From Camelus ferus (taxonomy: Eukaryota), in contig NC_045698.1 in assembly GCF_009834535.1 (NCBI RefSeq), positions 68,510,001 through 68,574,000 on the forward strand: 64,000 bases of DNA, written 5' to 3'. Shown piece after piece: positions 31,966-46,225 of this stretch. The translations under genes and the position numbers were made by a program. The notes beneath the pieces are model-generated. The model was not told where the DNA came from, did not search any database, and saw only the letters and a list, made by a program, of their open reading frames with translations. How positions within the stretch are numbered: position 1 is the stretch's first letter; every line of letters starts with the position of its first letter.

Positions 31966-34900
31966 AACACTCAACAAACCCTGTAGCAAGTCTACTACGT
32001 ATAAAGTAAATAAAATTTGAGAAGTAAGTGTATGAATGACATTCAAAAGATTGCTGAAGAAATAATACATTCCTTAAGCATTTAGAAAATTGAATACATT
32101 TATTTTATTTTTCTTACCCTTTATTTTCTTGCTTATTTTTGAGGTCATATGAATAGCCAGGGGACCTGGAATGTAGGTAAATATGACTGTGGAATCTTAT
32201 ATACAAAATGAACTAGCAGCAAACATTTTACATAGTAGAATCTCCTCAGAAAGGGTTAAACATGACTGCAAAAGGCACAGTAATTGGGCAGTGACTTAAG
32301 TAATTTTCCCAGAACAGAAGGATTGAAACTACGACTAAGTTTTTCAAATTCTTTAATATTTCAATTAAAAACTTAAACAAATAAATGCTTTGCCTGTATT
32401 ATATTAACTGACTTATTCAACTCCAATTTCCAAGTCACATTTTACTACAGCTAATTAAGAATATAGCCTCAACCCACAGAACAACATAAAACAAATATTT
32501 GTAAATAGTTTACCATTTATGCAGTTTAAAACTTTGTTCAATAGGTAAAATATATTTCAATGCTGATATGTATTTTATAGTACTCATTTTAAGAGGCAAT
32601 AAAATATTCCAAAATGTCTGATCCACCATTGTTGCCAAACTTTGTTCATCTGAAAAGCATGCACACTCATAAGTTAATCATCACCTCTGGCAGGGAAGGA
32701 GGTTTCCAACACTTGGCATATTCATTATCTTATGTGGAATAAGCTAAAAGAGGAAGAATATGGATCTTCTCTTACTTTCAAAGCTGTCCAATTATAAATA
32801 AAGTTAATAAATTGCTTGGTTTTTTAATTTTTGTTTTTATTATTATCTCCTATGTAGGGAAATATATACCCAGCCATCCAAATATGAGATCATTAGATTC
32901 TGGTTGTTGCTGTGTTTAAACATTTGCCTTAGATTTCACATAATATTATTTCCTTTTTCTTTTAAAAAATAATTTTTGAAGCTTTCCAAGGTAGATCAAA
33001 TACATCTAGAATACTGAATATGAAAAGAACAAAATTTTGTTTTAATTCTTTTGGTTAAAGAAATATTGGACTTTCAAACCTCATTACAAACATCCAAAAC
33101 ATGGAAAATACACTTATCTATTATTACTCCTGTGTTTTGTTTTGTTTTTTTTCCTTTGTCTTCTTTTTCCCCCTACCTTTGAACCAGGATTGACGGTTCA
33201 CATTTTCAGTTTTGCTTGTTGGGTGAAGGCCATGTGCTGAATGTTGTGCACCAGGTGAAGTGTATTGCGGAACTTCTGTTATCACAAGTGTTTTGAGAAA
33301 GCATATTCTCAGGAAAGAAGATTCATAAGGAATTTTCAGAGAAGAACATGTATGAATTTCCTCATAACTCAAAAGTATGAGCAAAAACTTTAGCACGTAT
33401 ATTGCTCACAACATGAAGAAACCACAGAGATTTCGTGCATGGAGCATAGTTAATCTACAGATTGAAGGCACTGAAGAAACAGCCTGAAGCTCTCGCAGCT
33501 CTGAGAAAGCAGGTGTTATTAACATGAAATGATTATTATAGAAAAGTTCTGTGAGCATGATCTGTGTGTGGTTACAAATGTCAGCTGATGCAGTGGGTTC
33601 CTTTAAAGAGTACATTTATTTATAAATGTTTATAAAAAGTATATTTATTTATAAATGTTATAAATGTGGGTGAAGCAAGTTCAAACTCAGTCGAGAAAAT
33701 GGTTATTTCCATCAAAGAATGTCACTTATTGGGAAGTTTGGCAGCATGAAGGTCATGCTGAATTATCTTATTTCTCAAATGAGGGAAAAAAAATAGCTAG
33801 GAGAAAATAATATGAGGCCACATTATTTGTATGGGACCCCAAGGTCACATTATATATAAGATCACATTATAAACAAGCTTTGTGATGTTTGACTTTGAAC
33901 AATTTGAATAATTTCAAAGAAAATTAAGCTACTCATTTGTCAGGATATTTTTGGAGAAACAATGCAAAATAAATGCCTCTTATCTTAATAATTTCTAAGA
34001 ATAAATCACAGGAAAGCAGGCCTTAATAAATGGCATCAACATGTAACAGATAAATTGAAACAAAACCTTAAAGCATGTCAAGAACTAAGGCCACAAGCAG
34101 TAACATTTTGTGTTAAAAGACACAGGAGTGGATCCGAACACAATCAGTAAGAGTTTTCTATGTGCTTACTACAAATATAATGTTAGGTTTGAAATTGTTT
34201 AGGCCAACCTCCAGTATCAAGTTTCAGTATTTGGCCAAGAACATAGTATAATTTTAAGTATCTGAAAGTATTTGCTTTTATCTAAAAAGCTGACATTTAA
34301 AAAACTACAAATTTCTTGTGAAGGTTGATCAAAAACAGACTATTAAGTTTTTAATCCGAATCAGGAAAATAAGGCACTGATAAAATAATGAACTATTCAT
34401 GCTCTAATTCAGCACAAGCTGCCCTAATTTTTATCTCAAATTCTTATCTGTTCTAGTTTAAAATTTAGCAATGTTTTCAATTTAGCAAATAATCTAGTTT
34501 CCATGTATGTATTCCTTTTTACAGAAACTGATTTTTTTTTAAATTATAAAATCAATGCAGGTTCCCTGCAGAAGATGTGAAGGAAAAAAGAAACGAATGT
34601 GGAAGAAAAATATTACCTATAGTCCAATCACATAGAGAGAATTATTGTCGTAATGTCCTGCCCCTGTTTGTTTCCCTAGCTGTTTGGATCTTCATATATA
34701 TTACACTCATTCATAGACATACACAGAACGTTTCTCATCAGCTAGGCTGTTTTATTTCAGGTATTATTAATTCTCTCTCCCCTGCCTTCCCTTCTGCTTT
34801 GGTACTCTAATACTTTGTCTTGCTGTATGAAACAAACTCACTCTGCGTTTGATATGTAAGTTTTTGAACATTTCTAACTTTTATAGATGCAATACTCTCC

Positions 34901-35561
34901 ATAAATCTCACTACTTCCCAGCAGGGAAGCTTTGTTCCTGCTAAGCAAGGTGTCTTACCGACTCTTCATCCAACATATCAGCCCCATTTCTTATTTCAAA
35001 CTAACTCCACACTTGGAATGCCTTTACTCACCAAACCAGTGTGCTACAGAAGGCCATATTTATGGCCACAAGATGTGGGTGTGAACCTATAATATAATGC
35101 TTATGAGTACTCAGGAAAGCTACTTCAGTTCCTTGGACCTTGGCTAGTAATATCTCATATACAAGATTGTTATGATAAAGTAAAAGAGATACTAAGTATG
35201 TAAGAACATAGTATAAAGCTTGACACGTAGGAAGTAACAGTAGTTGAATTTCAACACATCCCACACAACCCATTCTCCAGTCCACTCCACAACCTACTTT
35301 CTCCTGGTGCCTTCTGTAACTACATATTGGCTGGAAAACTGTGGTCATGTCATTTCACCTCAATGGCATGCTTCTTTAGTTGAGAAACAAAACCATCTGA
35401 CTGGCTTTGGGGCTTCCTCTGTCTATAAGATTCTATTGCTGTTTCAAATCTTCTCTCCACGAAACTGCAAGCTCCCTGAAATTGTGTGAAACTCTCTTGC
35501 TCCTGCTCTGCTTCCTCCTCCCCGCTCTGTTCCCTTTACCTTGTTTCAGTTTTTAACATAC

Positions 35562-36057
35562 TGCAAAGCAAAGAAGGGACCTGATAACAAACTGACATCA
35601 TCATGGAGTAACAACAGTCAGGCACACAAAATGGAGTCAGTGCGCCACTGAGGATCTGGTCTCAGACACACCTCTGCACCACTGAGAACCTGAACTCTGT
35701 TTGAACTGTACCAGACCGGAGCACACCACCAGCTGTCTTCAGAACAACACCTGCCAGCTGCAGCCTCATGCTTTCAAGGTCTCCCCTTGTAACTACACAA
35801 CCACTTCAGGCTCCAACCAATCTTAACAATCATCCTTATTTCTTGCCAGCTCCAATTATAATTATTGACAGACAACTCATGTAACTAACTGTAACCTATG
35901 GTTTTTGCCTTTACTAGCCTCCCCCATTTTATAATCCTGTGGAACACAATTCCAGTATTTCTTGAATATGTGTCTCCCAGGCTGCAGTCCTAACAAATTC
36001 CAAATAAACACCTTTTTCCTTTCAATCAGGTCTCTGTTTCTAAAACTTTGGTTAACA
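35562..36057 (+). mobile_element. ERV1-class solo LTR in the ST8SIA4 intron (antisense to the gene)
   Basis: TG...ggttaaCA, AATAAA near 36003, inserted in an L2 tail; probable TSD ATAC. Confidence 0.75.
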
Positions 36058-37274
36058 TACTTAATAGATGCTTCTTGATTTTAAAGCTGGCAATGTGTTA
36101 GATTTTATCTCATAATAAATTAGATAATAATCACCTGATGAGCCAAAATACATGATTATTTCAGGAAACCAATGTTTTAGAAATAAAAGCAAAAAATATT
36201 ATTCAATAGCAGTCTTTAATATACTGATGACAGCTCACACTCAACATATTGGAAAACAATGAATATTAATTTGTATTTGTGTTGAAATAAAGAGGCCTAG
36301 AAGTTTAGAAGTAATATATTTCCTCTTAAAATATTATTCTTCTTCCTAAAATCGATCGTGAAAATTTCTAGAAGAATTTGAATACAGAGTATGGAATTCC
36401 ACTGTGCCAACAGTTTTAACTTAATATCATACTATATGCAAAGTTTCCATTCATGAGTCCAGAGATTACTTGCTCTGGAACGTGAGCCAGAGTCCAGAGC
36501 AACACACGTTTGTGCGCTGAGTTCTTCTCTCTTCCTCCTCTCATATTTATATTCCCACAACTGAGCTTTGTGCTTAGCACCAAAGGAAGATTCTGTTAAA
36601 GGTAAATAACATGCCTTCTGGTTATAAAATATCTACAGGAATTTGAGATATTGTAGAAGAATTAGCTTTCTATACTACATCTTTGCAGAAGATGTCTGCA
36701 TCTTCCCAGTTCGACATTCCATACCCCAAACTAATTCTTGTATAATACCTGAATATTATATATGAATTTCTGGGGTTCTGTCCTCCATATTGGTCAATAT
36801 GTTGGTTCATTCTTCAGAGGAGTATATGTGTATGTGTTATAATATACAAAATTTAAAGCAATCATCCTTGAGCACATGGAGTTTTATTTTCAACCGTTTA
36901 GGTCATCCTTTCATTATGTTCCCAGTCTGCAGTATAGTACGTTACATGAATTCATTCAAAGTGCATAAAACTTAATTTTGTTTTAAAAATGTTTTGGTAA
37001 AGTTCATGATACCTTTTAAGATTATGAGATGGCTTGTCTTGTCACAAAACTAGAGTTGGTGATAATTTCTTAAAAACAAAATAGAACTTCCAGCACTATC
37101 CTCACTGAGAATGATTCAGTCCACCGTGAATTAATCCTTATATTATTCCAGAGAAGCAAAAAGTGATAGGTTTTACACCTACTTCTCATGCGAGGAAACA
37201 AAGGGGCAATTAATGTGTCCTGGCAAGCTAGGAGTAAATCCGGGAGTAAAAACATAAGCAATGTATTAAAAGGC

Positions 37275-37485
37275 AGCAGTAATAATAATAATTTATTGAG
37301 TATTTATAATGATCCAGAGACAGTGTTAAGAGCTCTACATATGTAGAATTTTTCATTTAATCTTCACCATCAACTTATGAATAGGTGTTATTTCACACGT
37401 GAGTACACCAAGGCTTGGGAAGGTTAAATACCAGATTAAAGCCACAGAAATTATAGGTAACAAGACCAGGATTCAAACCCACTTA
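37275..37485 (-). mobile_element. MIR SINE
   Basis: aatttattgagtattta...ggattcaaaccc. Confidence 0.7.
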
Positions 37486-38544
37486 TACCTGGCTATGATG
37501 ATTTCAATCAAAGAATTGGATTTCTTAGCTTTTTCAGATCATGTAGCTTGGAATAGCAAGTCCTTGGGACTATTTTCAATACAGAGTTCACACAGGGAAA
37601 AATAAACATCCATATGGCGTTTTGGTGACCAACAGTCTGGTGTCAACAGTGATGTGTTTTACACATGGAGCTTTTTTGGCTTTTCGTTTTTATCCAAGGG
37701 AAATAAGAGCTGACCAGAATAAAGGACCCATTTTTCCCATGAACGGTCTCAAAAGTGTTTGAAATCAGAAGATAATTTTGTAGTTTCAGTATGTAACTTA
37801 CTTAACCACATTGCAAATGCCAAAGGCAGTGACAGTGAATCAAAGGGTAGGGATTTCCATGCAGGTTTGAACAAGGTTTCTTAAACTATTTTGAAGTGTC
37901 ATTAAAACGAAAGCAGGAACTTGTAACCTTAAGAGGTCAATCTATCAATAGTTTTTTTTTTTTTCTGTGCGCCCTTTATACACAGATCTCTGTACTGGTC
38001 AGTTGATAAAAGGAAAACAGAAAATTCTTTCTGCCGAGGCCCTCCGTAGTATACATTTAGAAAATGTTTTATCCACCCTCAAGCCTAATTCATCAGAGGC
38101 ATAGAGGACTCATGACATGGGAAAAGGAATACAGATACTACTTGAGTCCTAATAATCTCTACATTCTATATGGTACCTATTTATGTCACTTGACTTCCAT
38201 TGTAGGAATTAGGCTTTGACCCTAACTCTGAATTTCACTCATATTTTTATCTGGCTAGATACATAGTCAGGTTGAGTGTGGATACATTGTGAAGAAACTC
38301 TAAATCTACATATACTCCACCGGTTTTGTCAAGTGCCAGATTTTATTAGTGAACATAGAATTCTCATTATTGTGATAGCAGTAATTCCACTTCACACTCA
38401 CAGTTTCAAAGTATTGTCACGTGAGTCTTACAGACTCCTGTAATATATGCTATAGTACATATTACCATCTCTATTTCACAGAGGGTGCAGTTAATAGCTC
38501 TAGAAGTAAGATAATTTGCCCAACTCTGCTAGCTAATGTCCTGC

Positions 38545-38748
38545 TCTGGTATGCTGGTGGCTGTTTTAATGCAGACACTGGCTAGGGGACAGAGGGCTGT
38601 GAATCGTAGCATTCGTCAATTTCTGTGATATAGCTACTCCCATCACAGCTGATTTCAAGTTATTAACCTGATACTAATGAGCACTGAGCTGAGGAGAGAT
38701 GGCAAAACCAGCTCTTGCAAGCCAGTACAAGCCAGCGTCAGTACACTG
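38545..38748. mobile_element. MER63-like hAT MITE
   Basis: tggtatgctggt...gatttcaagtta...gcaagccagtacaagccagc. Confidence 0.65.
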
Positions 38749-39149
38749 TAGACGAGACAGAAAATATTCCTCCTGACTTTTAGCTCCTTTCAGTTTGCAT
38801 GATAAAATTCAACATTAAAGAACTCTGCCTTAGAAAGATTCCCAGGTAGTTGTTCATATACATGTTATTTGCAAGGAGAGAAGATGGGGGTATAAGTTGC
38901 ACCTTTGTAAAGATGGTGTCACTTCTTACTACTAGAGAAGTTTAACATCATTACATAATGAAAATAGAGGTGACTGTTGCTCCTATTTTTATCTCATAAT
39001 TTCTAGCTCAGTGCTGGGTACACAGTAGGTACATAATGAGTGCTTCCTTAATTTGTTCTTGCTGGCATCTTAGAGGTTTGTAGTGCTAATAAGATGGAGC
39101 ATACTCATGATGTGACAACCTCTTAGTGACAACATTCAACAGTGGGAAA

Positions 39150-39295
39150 GCACTGGAAAAGCTGGAGCCATGGCTTTGCTTTACCTTGAGCTAACTACGT
39201 GGTCTTGGACAAATCACTTAAACTCATTCAGCCTCAGTTTGCTTACCAATAAAATGAGATTCTTAATATGGTTTCTACTACACCTACAACTCTCC
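39150..39295 (+). mobile_element. MIR SINE
   Basis: gtggtcttggacaaatcacttaaactcattcagcctcagttt. Confidence 0.7.
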
Positions 39296-41574
39296 TTTAT
39301 AAAAGGTCACAAGTAATCTGAATTTAGATGGAAGAACATGAGTGTTCACCTAACTGCAGTAGTCCGATCTTTACATTTTGCTTGTATCTATTAACTACTC
39401 CCACTTTAATAATGCATTGACATAATATGCAGCCTTTCCCTTCAATAACATGACAGAGCTGTTTGATAAAAATCATCCCTGCTGACAAACTTAACATCAT
39501 TTCTGGTTTCCTGTAATACTTGTAATTAGAGAGCATAAGATGTTTCTCCACTTTCAAAAATTGTAATAAATTGACTGTTACCTAAAAATTATAAAATTAT
39601 CCATCATAATTTCAACGATAAAGCTAATGGAAGAAAATGATATCATAGGAAAAATGAAACCTTGCTGAGAAGTGAGAAAACTTAAACAAAAATAAACAGA
39701 GGGAATACTTTTAACTTTATTTACCATGTCAGAAACCAGGATGGAATTTAGGTAGATCACTCCAAAACTGCATCATATGCTGATCAGATATTGATGAAAG
39801 AGACTTAAGAGAAATAATTATAGATGGATTCCACTTGTATTTAACAAAATATCTTTGGGGGCCTTTCAAAGATAATGCTTAAAAGCCTGAACTAGTGCAT
39901 GGTGATTATGGCAAAAAATAAAGTAGACATAATGCCACAGGTTTTAATGAGTTTCTCTTTTAATCCAATTGAATTCTAAAAGACAACTGAAATTTACAAT
40001 CTAAACTGCCAGAACGAGGAAGTGGTGACGTCCGAAAGGTGAAATACTGGAAACACAGAAGGGGGTGGTCCTTTGAAGCATGATGAAGGAGTTAAATGAG
40101 GTTATGCTGAAGTGCTTTGTGAATGATCCTTTTTATGAGATCAGGTTGATTTTTTAAAATTAAAAAACACTGAAATCTTATATTTATCCTAATAAGATTA
40201 AAAGGAAGCGGTATAATCATTTATTATAAGACATGGAGTCTTACAAGAAAAGGAAGTAGAATTGAAAGTAAGTAGAGCAGGGAATCCTAATGCTTAGCAT
40301 AAATGGCTTAGCTATTGGAAGATTAAAATGACAGCAGTGTTTTATTCATGAAATGTTTTCCTTTGCATAAACATTTATTCTAAGGAGGCACTTAGAGATT
40401 ATACTTTCACATTCTCCTGTCAACATACGGACAGTTTCTCAATAAAAGTCCACATTACTATGGTAACAAAGTATAAATAACTCTTCTAATGGCCTGATGA
40501 TCTTCTTTTAGCTTCATCTGGACAATTTACAAATGGATATGCCCAGTTTACATCAATACGTCCGGTTAGATTAACCTTCTAGATAGGAGATGTGCTAAAA
40601 TCTATTTCAAGAGGAGTAAGGATCAGCAAATGCGATCTACAATGCATTAAATAACAATGTAATCTATGACACATTCAATAATGAAAAATGCTTGCTAGCA
40701 AAGTGTACAAACAACATCAGCCACAGATCAAAGTTCTTATCAAATCCCAGTGAAGGAACAGAATCAAGACAGTTACAAGCAAGCTCAAAGAAGTTCTTTA
40801 AAAATTTCCCAGCAAGTATCAAAACAGTAACAGTTGGGGAAGTTAGTCAAACATAGATCATTATTCTATATTTTTATTCCTGTCATGAAGTGTGTGATGC
40901 TGAAGAGACTGCCCATTTAGAAAACTGCTTTGTCCTTGGCATGAATTTATCCCTCAATAAAGGGCTTTCTATGAGCATTCAAGCTGAGAAAGAGAGAAAC
41001 GCCCCATGAAAGAATGTTGCCGCGGCAATGCCACGGATGCGGGCTTTGGGATCTGCATCATATGCTTAAAGCTACATGTCACTAGAAATACCACTGCTGT
41101 AATTCTGTTCAACAAGATTAACTAGGAGATAATTTAAAAATTTTATTTTTAAACCTATGAAGGACTAGGGTGATAAGTAATTTTCCCTCTAGACGTCAAT
41201 CTCTAGTTGACCAAAGTCCAATCTAATGGAATCAATGCTAATTTTCCTCCCTTTTCTTATTTAGTCTCACTTAATGCTGATCCCTTCAACACATTTGTAG
41301 GTAGAATCACTTAATTTATAAAATCACATTTATTAAATAGTTGCTAAATGGAAGACCTTTAGTAGATATTTTTAAAAAATATCTTGTTCTTCTGAGGAAG
41401 TAAAACAATCAGAAATCCAGCTGTAAAGACACTTACACTATGTAAATACTATTCTTTGCAATGGGAAAGTATGAAAGTAAAAAAAGTACTACAGAATCAG
41501 GCTCCTGTGTAACAAACTATACGGTGCCTGAGACTGGCCCCTATTTTGATGTTTGTCATAACATTCAGTTAAAA

Positions 41575-43238
41575 TGCAACACTGGAAACAAAAAAGTTGG
41601 ACCCTTCCACCACACCATATGCAAGAAACAATTCAAAAAGGATCACAGACCTAAATTTAAGAGCTAAACTCTAAAACTCTTAGAAGAAATACAGGCGTAA
41701 CATACCATGACCTTAGACAAAGCCTTCTTAGGTTTGACACCAAAAAGGTCAAGAGACAAAACAAAAAATAAATTGAACTTCATCAAATTAAAAATTTTTT
41801 ATGCTTCAAAGAAGGCCATCAAAGTAAAAAAAAAAAAAAAACAAAAAAACAGAATGGGAGAAAATACTTGCAAATCATGTATCTGATAAGAGATTTGGCA
41901 CCTAAAATACATAAATAACTTCCACAACTCAATAATAAATAGTCAAAGAACCTCAGCTTAAAAACTGGGGAAAGAAGTAGACATTTTTTCCCAAAGAAGA
42001 TATACAAATGGCCACAGGAAAAGACAGTAAACATCATTATGCAGTAGGGAAATGTGAGATAATTTTTGCACCACGCAGAATGGTTATAATAAAAAAGACA
42101 AAGCATAATGTGCAGGCGAGGATGTGAATAACTGAACCTCATGCGTTGTTGGTGCTTGTGTATGCGAGTAAGATGGAGTTGCCTCTCTGGAAAGTCCGGA
42201 AGATCCTCGAAAGGCTAACATCGAGTTATCATATGATGCAGCCACTGCACACCTGGGTACACGATTCTCTACTCAACCAAACTTTATTTAGGCTCCTCTG
42301 AGCCCTTCTCTCAACCAGGCCTCTACTTTGGCCTTCTGTGTCCATCTTCTCTGAGTCTAATTTTAGGAAGAATCCTGCCAAGTTAGTTTAGTGAGACTCC
42401 CTCTACCCTTGTTATTTGACCACTCTTGACATCTGATCAGATTTCTCATACCCCAACTTTGATGCCCAAGCCTTGGGCCTAGCTTTAGCAGAATCTTGTT
42501 AACTGTGTAGGCAGGAATCTCCACCACCCACCTCTCCCTGCCTTGATGTCTTCTCTTAGAATTTCCCACCCCTACTCCCCTCTTTGGCCAGAAATCTTCA
42601 CTTATTTTTGCTGTATTCAGAATTGAGGTCAGTTCTATACTGAAGTCTCTTTTCCCCTATTGCAATAGTTTCTGAATAAAATCTGTCTTTATCACTTTTG
42701 GCCAGTGCCTGGCTGTTTCTCTTTGGTAATACTCAAAAGAACTGAAAACATGATCATACAAAAACTTGTACACAGATATTTATAGTGGCATTATTCATTA
42801 TAGCTGAAAAGTGAAAACCTACATTTTCATCAAATGATTAATGGATAAGTAAAATATGGGACTATTACATGACAATGAAAATGAAATACTAATACATGCT
42901 ACAAGGATGAACATTGAAGACATTATTGTAAGTGAAAGGAGCCAGTCACACAAGAGCAAATATTACCTGATCCATTTATGTGAAACGCCTGGAACAGAGT
43001 AATTCACCGGGACGGAAGCAGACAAGCATTGCCAAGAGCTCGAGCTAGGGGCTGAGGGGGAAATCAGGAGTGACAGCTAATGTGTCTGGGGTTTCTTTTT
43101 GGGTGAAGAAAATGTTCCAAAATTGACTGTGGTTAATAGTCGCCCAACTCTGTCAACATACTGATTTAACTGTATACTTTAAAGAGTGTATTACATAGTA
43201 TGTGAATTATGTAGCAATAAAGCTATTATATTAAAAAA
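41575..43238 (+). mobile_element. L1MB-type fragment (ORF2 end plus 3' UTR) interrupted by an LTR at 42262-42729
   Basis: aagttggaccc...ctaaaactcttagaagaaa ORF2-like sequence; 3' UTR ends gcaataaagctattatattaaaaaat; frames broken. Confidence 0.85.
42262..42729 (+). mobile_element. MER34/MER39-like ERV1 LTR inserted into an L1
   Basis: gattctct...ccaaactttatttaggctcct...gaataaaatctgtc; the flanks rejoin into continuous L1 consensus. Confidence 0.7.
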
Positions 43239-46141
43239 TGTAATATTGAGCATTTTTTCCTTACATTGGTAAGGAGATAAATTCCTAAGTTAAACGTATC
43301 AGTTTCCTTTAATGTTATAACTTGTTCACAACTCTCAAGAATTAAATAGGGAATTATAACCCTACAGAAACTAAACAACAAACAGATTTTAAAACTTAGA
43401 TATCTATCATCTATTTATCAATCTATCCGTATCATCTATTATATACATCAACTGTATGAATTGTCTCTTTAATATTATAACATTTCTCAAAATAAGAAAT
43501 GGAAAAGATAACAGAGAAGCAAGTATGAAATTGGCCGTATTGTGTTGTACAACCGAGAAGCTTTGGGACATGGAAAATCCTCGGACGTAGAATGGAGTTA
43601 GTTATCAGAGTGAGCTCTGCTCAAATGAGAATTTGCTTTGTGAGACTTGGTCCTTCCTTGATCATGTCTGCATTTCAGTTTCCTGATCTGTAAATCTGAG
43701 CTAAACCATCTTACCTTTGGGGATATTGGAGGAACTGAATAATATGATACAAGTAAGAGTTCACTGTGAATTATGAATTTATACACAAATAAAATTGAAT
43801 ATATTATGTTGATGCAACTGTATTAGATTACCTGTGCATGTGCCTATATAACACTCAACTCGACTAGTGAATCTGAGCTCAGTTTAGTTTAGTTCTATTT
43901 TTTGTTTGTTTAAAGAACTTGTCGAATTATTGCCTGCACTATACAACGAGGGCTTAAAAATCATCTAGCAAAACAAAACAAAACAAACGAACAAACAAAC
44001 AAAATACCCAATAGTTACTTCTTTTAAACTTGATAAATTTTAAGAGGCAGGGAGAAATGATCATTAGATTTCCATCTAGAATATGAACTATGCAATTCAA
44101 CTGAATATAGCAATCATGAAATTCACATAAATTTAAAGGCACTGCCTAAGACAAACATTATTTCATATTTGTTTTCCTTTAGCTATACTGATATAATAGA
44201 AATTCAGGAATGAGAGTCACAAAACTTTTTTCTAGACTCTTTGAATAAGAATATAAGTTGATGGAGATAATTAGCTCAGACTTCATAACAATAAACTTAT
44301 CAAGAGGGTGAAACATAACTTTCTTTAAAATGAAAATGTAATTGAAATGGCTTTTTGTTGTTGTTGTTGTTCAAGAGGAATATTTCCATAATAAAGCATC
44401 ACAAATCACTTGTCTGATGATTGATTCTACTTGGGAAAAAAAAAAAATCTGAAGACAAGCAATCTGTGGGAGTTGGCTTACAAAGCATGTGTATAGTATT
44501 CTTGACCATCTGTTTCTCTGTGTTAGTATATTCATGTGATATTATTTTGTATGCTGACTTGAATTTCATTTAAACTTCCTTCACGCATGAAACATGCATA
44601 GAGTGCAGAAAGCAACAGATGAATCGGGGGAATGTGCAGGTTCAGAAAGGGAGTTTACACTACTGGAGAATAAATCACATTTAAACTTTGGAATAAAAGT
44701 GATCAGCTTAAAATATTGAGAAATCTCACACTGAATCTCTAATGGTCTTGCTTAACTAATAAAACACCTCTGAAATTTCTCAGTTGCTATCTTAATAATA
44801 AAGAGGATAAATGAAATGCACTACCAAAAAGGATGAAAATCATTAAAATTCCTGGGCACCTTGTAAGAGCTGTCCAGAGAGTCCTTCATTTTGTACAGGC
44901 ACGAGCCTTTTTGCCTTTGGCCTAACAATGGTGTATGAAAGCAAACTCAAACTCAGGGACCGAGTGATGTATCTGAGGAACATTAAATTAGACTTAAGAG
45001 AAAAAAAAAAAAAAAAGAAGCCAACCTAGGCCATTCTGGACTGTTCCTCAATTAAATAAGAAAATATATCTGGTGGGTTCTTCAAAGTGGTTGCCTACAT
45101 GAAAGACTTGGTAAATATGATCTTCATCCAGTTTACTAGAACCATAGGTTATTCACCAGAGAAGAGGAGACAGGTAGATTTCTGGAGTGAAGTAGAAGCA
45201 GAAGATTAATAAAAATTATAGTTATTTTGATTGGGCTTAAGTCATACTATTTATTTTGAAATTCCAAGTATAATAAAGAAGGCATGAGATTCCATGGTTT
45301 TCAAAACGGGACAAGGTTTAAAAATGCTTTTGAGGATGGTCTATAAAATCGACCTAAATTCTGTATAATATTAACATTAAACTTTCTAAGTTGGTGATGT
45401 TGAAGTGTAGTAATGAGCAGAGACAAAAAAGTGCATTGACAACTATCTTGGATAGTTCACATTTTGGTTATTAAATTCTGTCTGTAGTACATGGAGTTCC
45501 CAAATTAAGTGTTTAAATATTCTTAATTCTTATTTTTGTAATCTAGACCAACTGCCTATTATTTCTAGTCTCACAGACCTTAAAGAAAGCTGAAATCACT
45601 CATTATGGTTGCTTTTCTTATGGCTAGAATTATCAGGTCAGCGACAGGCTCTGGGAGTGCAGGGCAGTGATGGAATTTTGGACATTAAAAGGGCTTTTTA
45701 GGCCTAGCAAAGGGTTATGATATGAAATAATATTATTTTCCCATCACTATCAATGTATAAATAAATGTGCAGTTTGTAGCTATAGAATTAAGGTCTATCT
45801 GTCTTATGTAGATTAAGAAAAAAACAAACAAAAGAGTATTTGACTAATTTATAGCTTGCAGATTAGCTTTCCCTGAAACTGAATTGCCAGTAAGGCTTAA
45901 CTTAAGTTGATTATATTAAGGTCAAAATAAAATTTTAATTCATGTAATTTACATAAAATATAATTTGGCAGAATCAACAAATCCTTATCAGCAGAATAGT
46001 TTATTTCATTTCCTCTCAATATTTCATCAGGACTCTGCATTTCCAGAACTCTAGTTCTCTGAAGAATATTTTGACCAGAGAGAAAACCAGGGAACCAGAC
46101 ATTTATACTAGTTGAAAATCCTCTTTTCAAAATGTAGTGGA

Positions 46142-46225
46142 TATATGTATGTACACGTATGACTGAAACATTATGCTGTACACCAGAAATTGACACCTTT
46201 GTAAACTGACTATATTTCAAAAAAA
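46142..46225 (+). mobile_element. Severely 5'-truncated L1 3' end (camelid-type) with degenerate TSD
   Basis: tatgactgaaacattatgctgtacaccagaaattgacac...ttcaaaaaaa, flanked by aaaatgtagtgga / aaaactgtaatgga. Confidence 0.8.

Noticed and set aside
32118-32265. Sense pseudo-exon (ccttttgcAG ... AGG|GTAAGA, 148 nt) 190 nt upstream of the last exon
   Set aside because: Immediate in-frame stop and no supporting feature; such pseudo-exons are common in long introns.
33611-33666. Imperfect 29-bp AT-rich duplication with two sense AATAAA (possible intronic polyadenylation)
   Set aside because: AATAAA is frequent in such AT-rich low-complexity DNA, and there is no clear downstream element.
35553-36060. 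9-bp direct repeat (ttaacatac) flanking the intronic LTR
   Set aside because: Best explained by a 4-bp TSD plus chance match to the LTR's own ttaaca terminus.
41461-42142. ORFs with L1 ORF2-like words
   Set aside because: Fragments of a dead L1MB element with broken frames.
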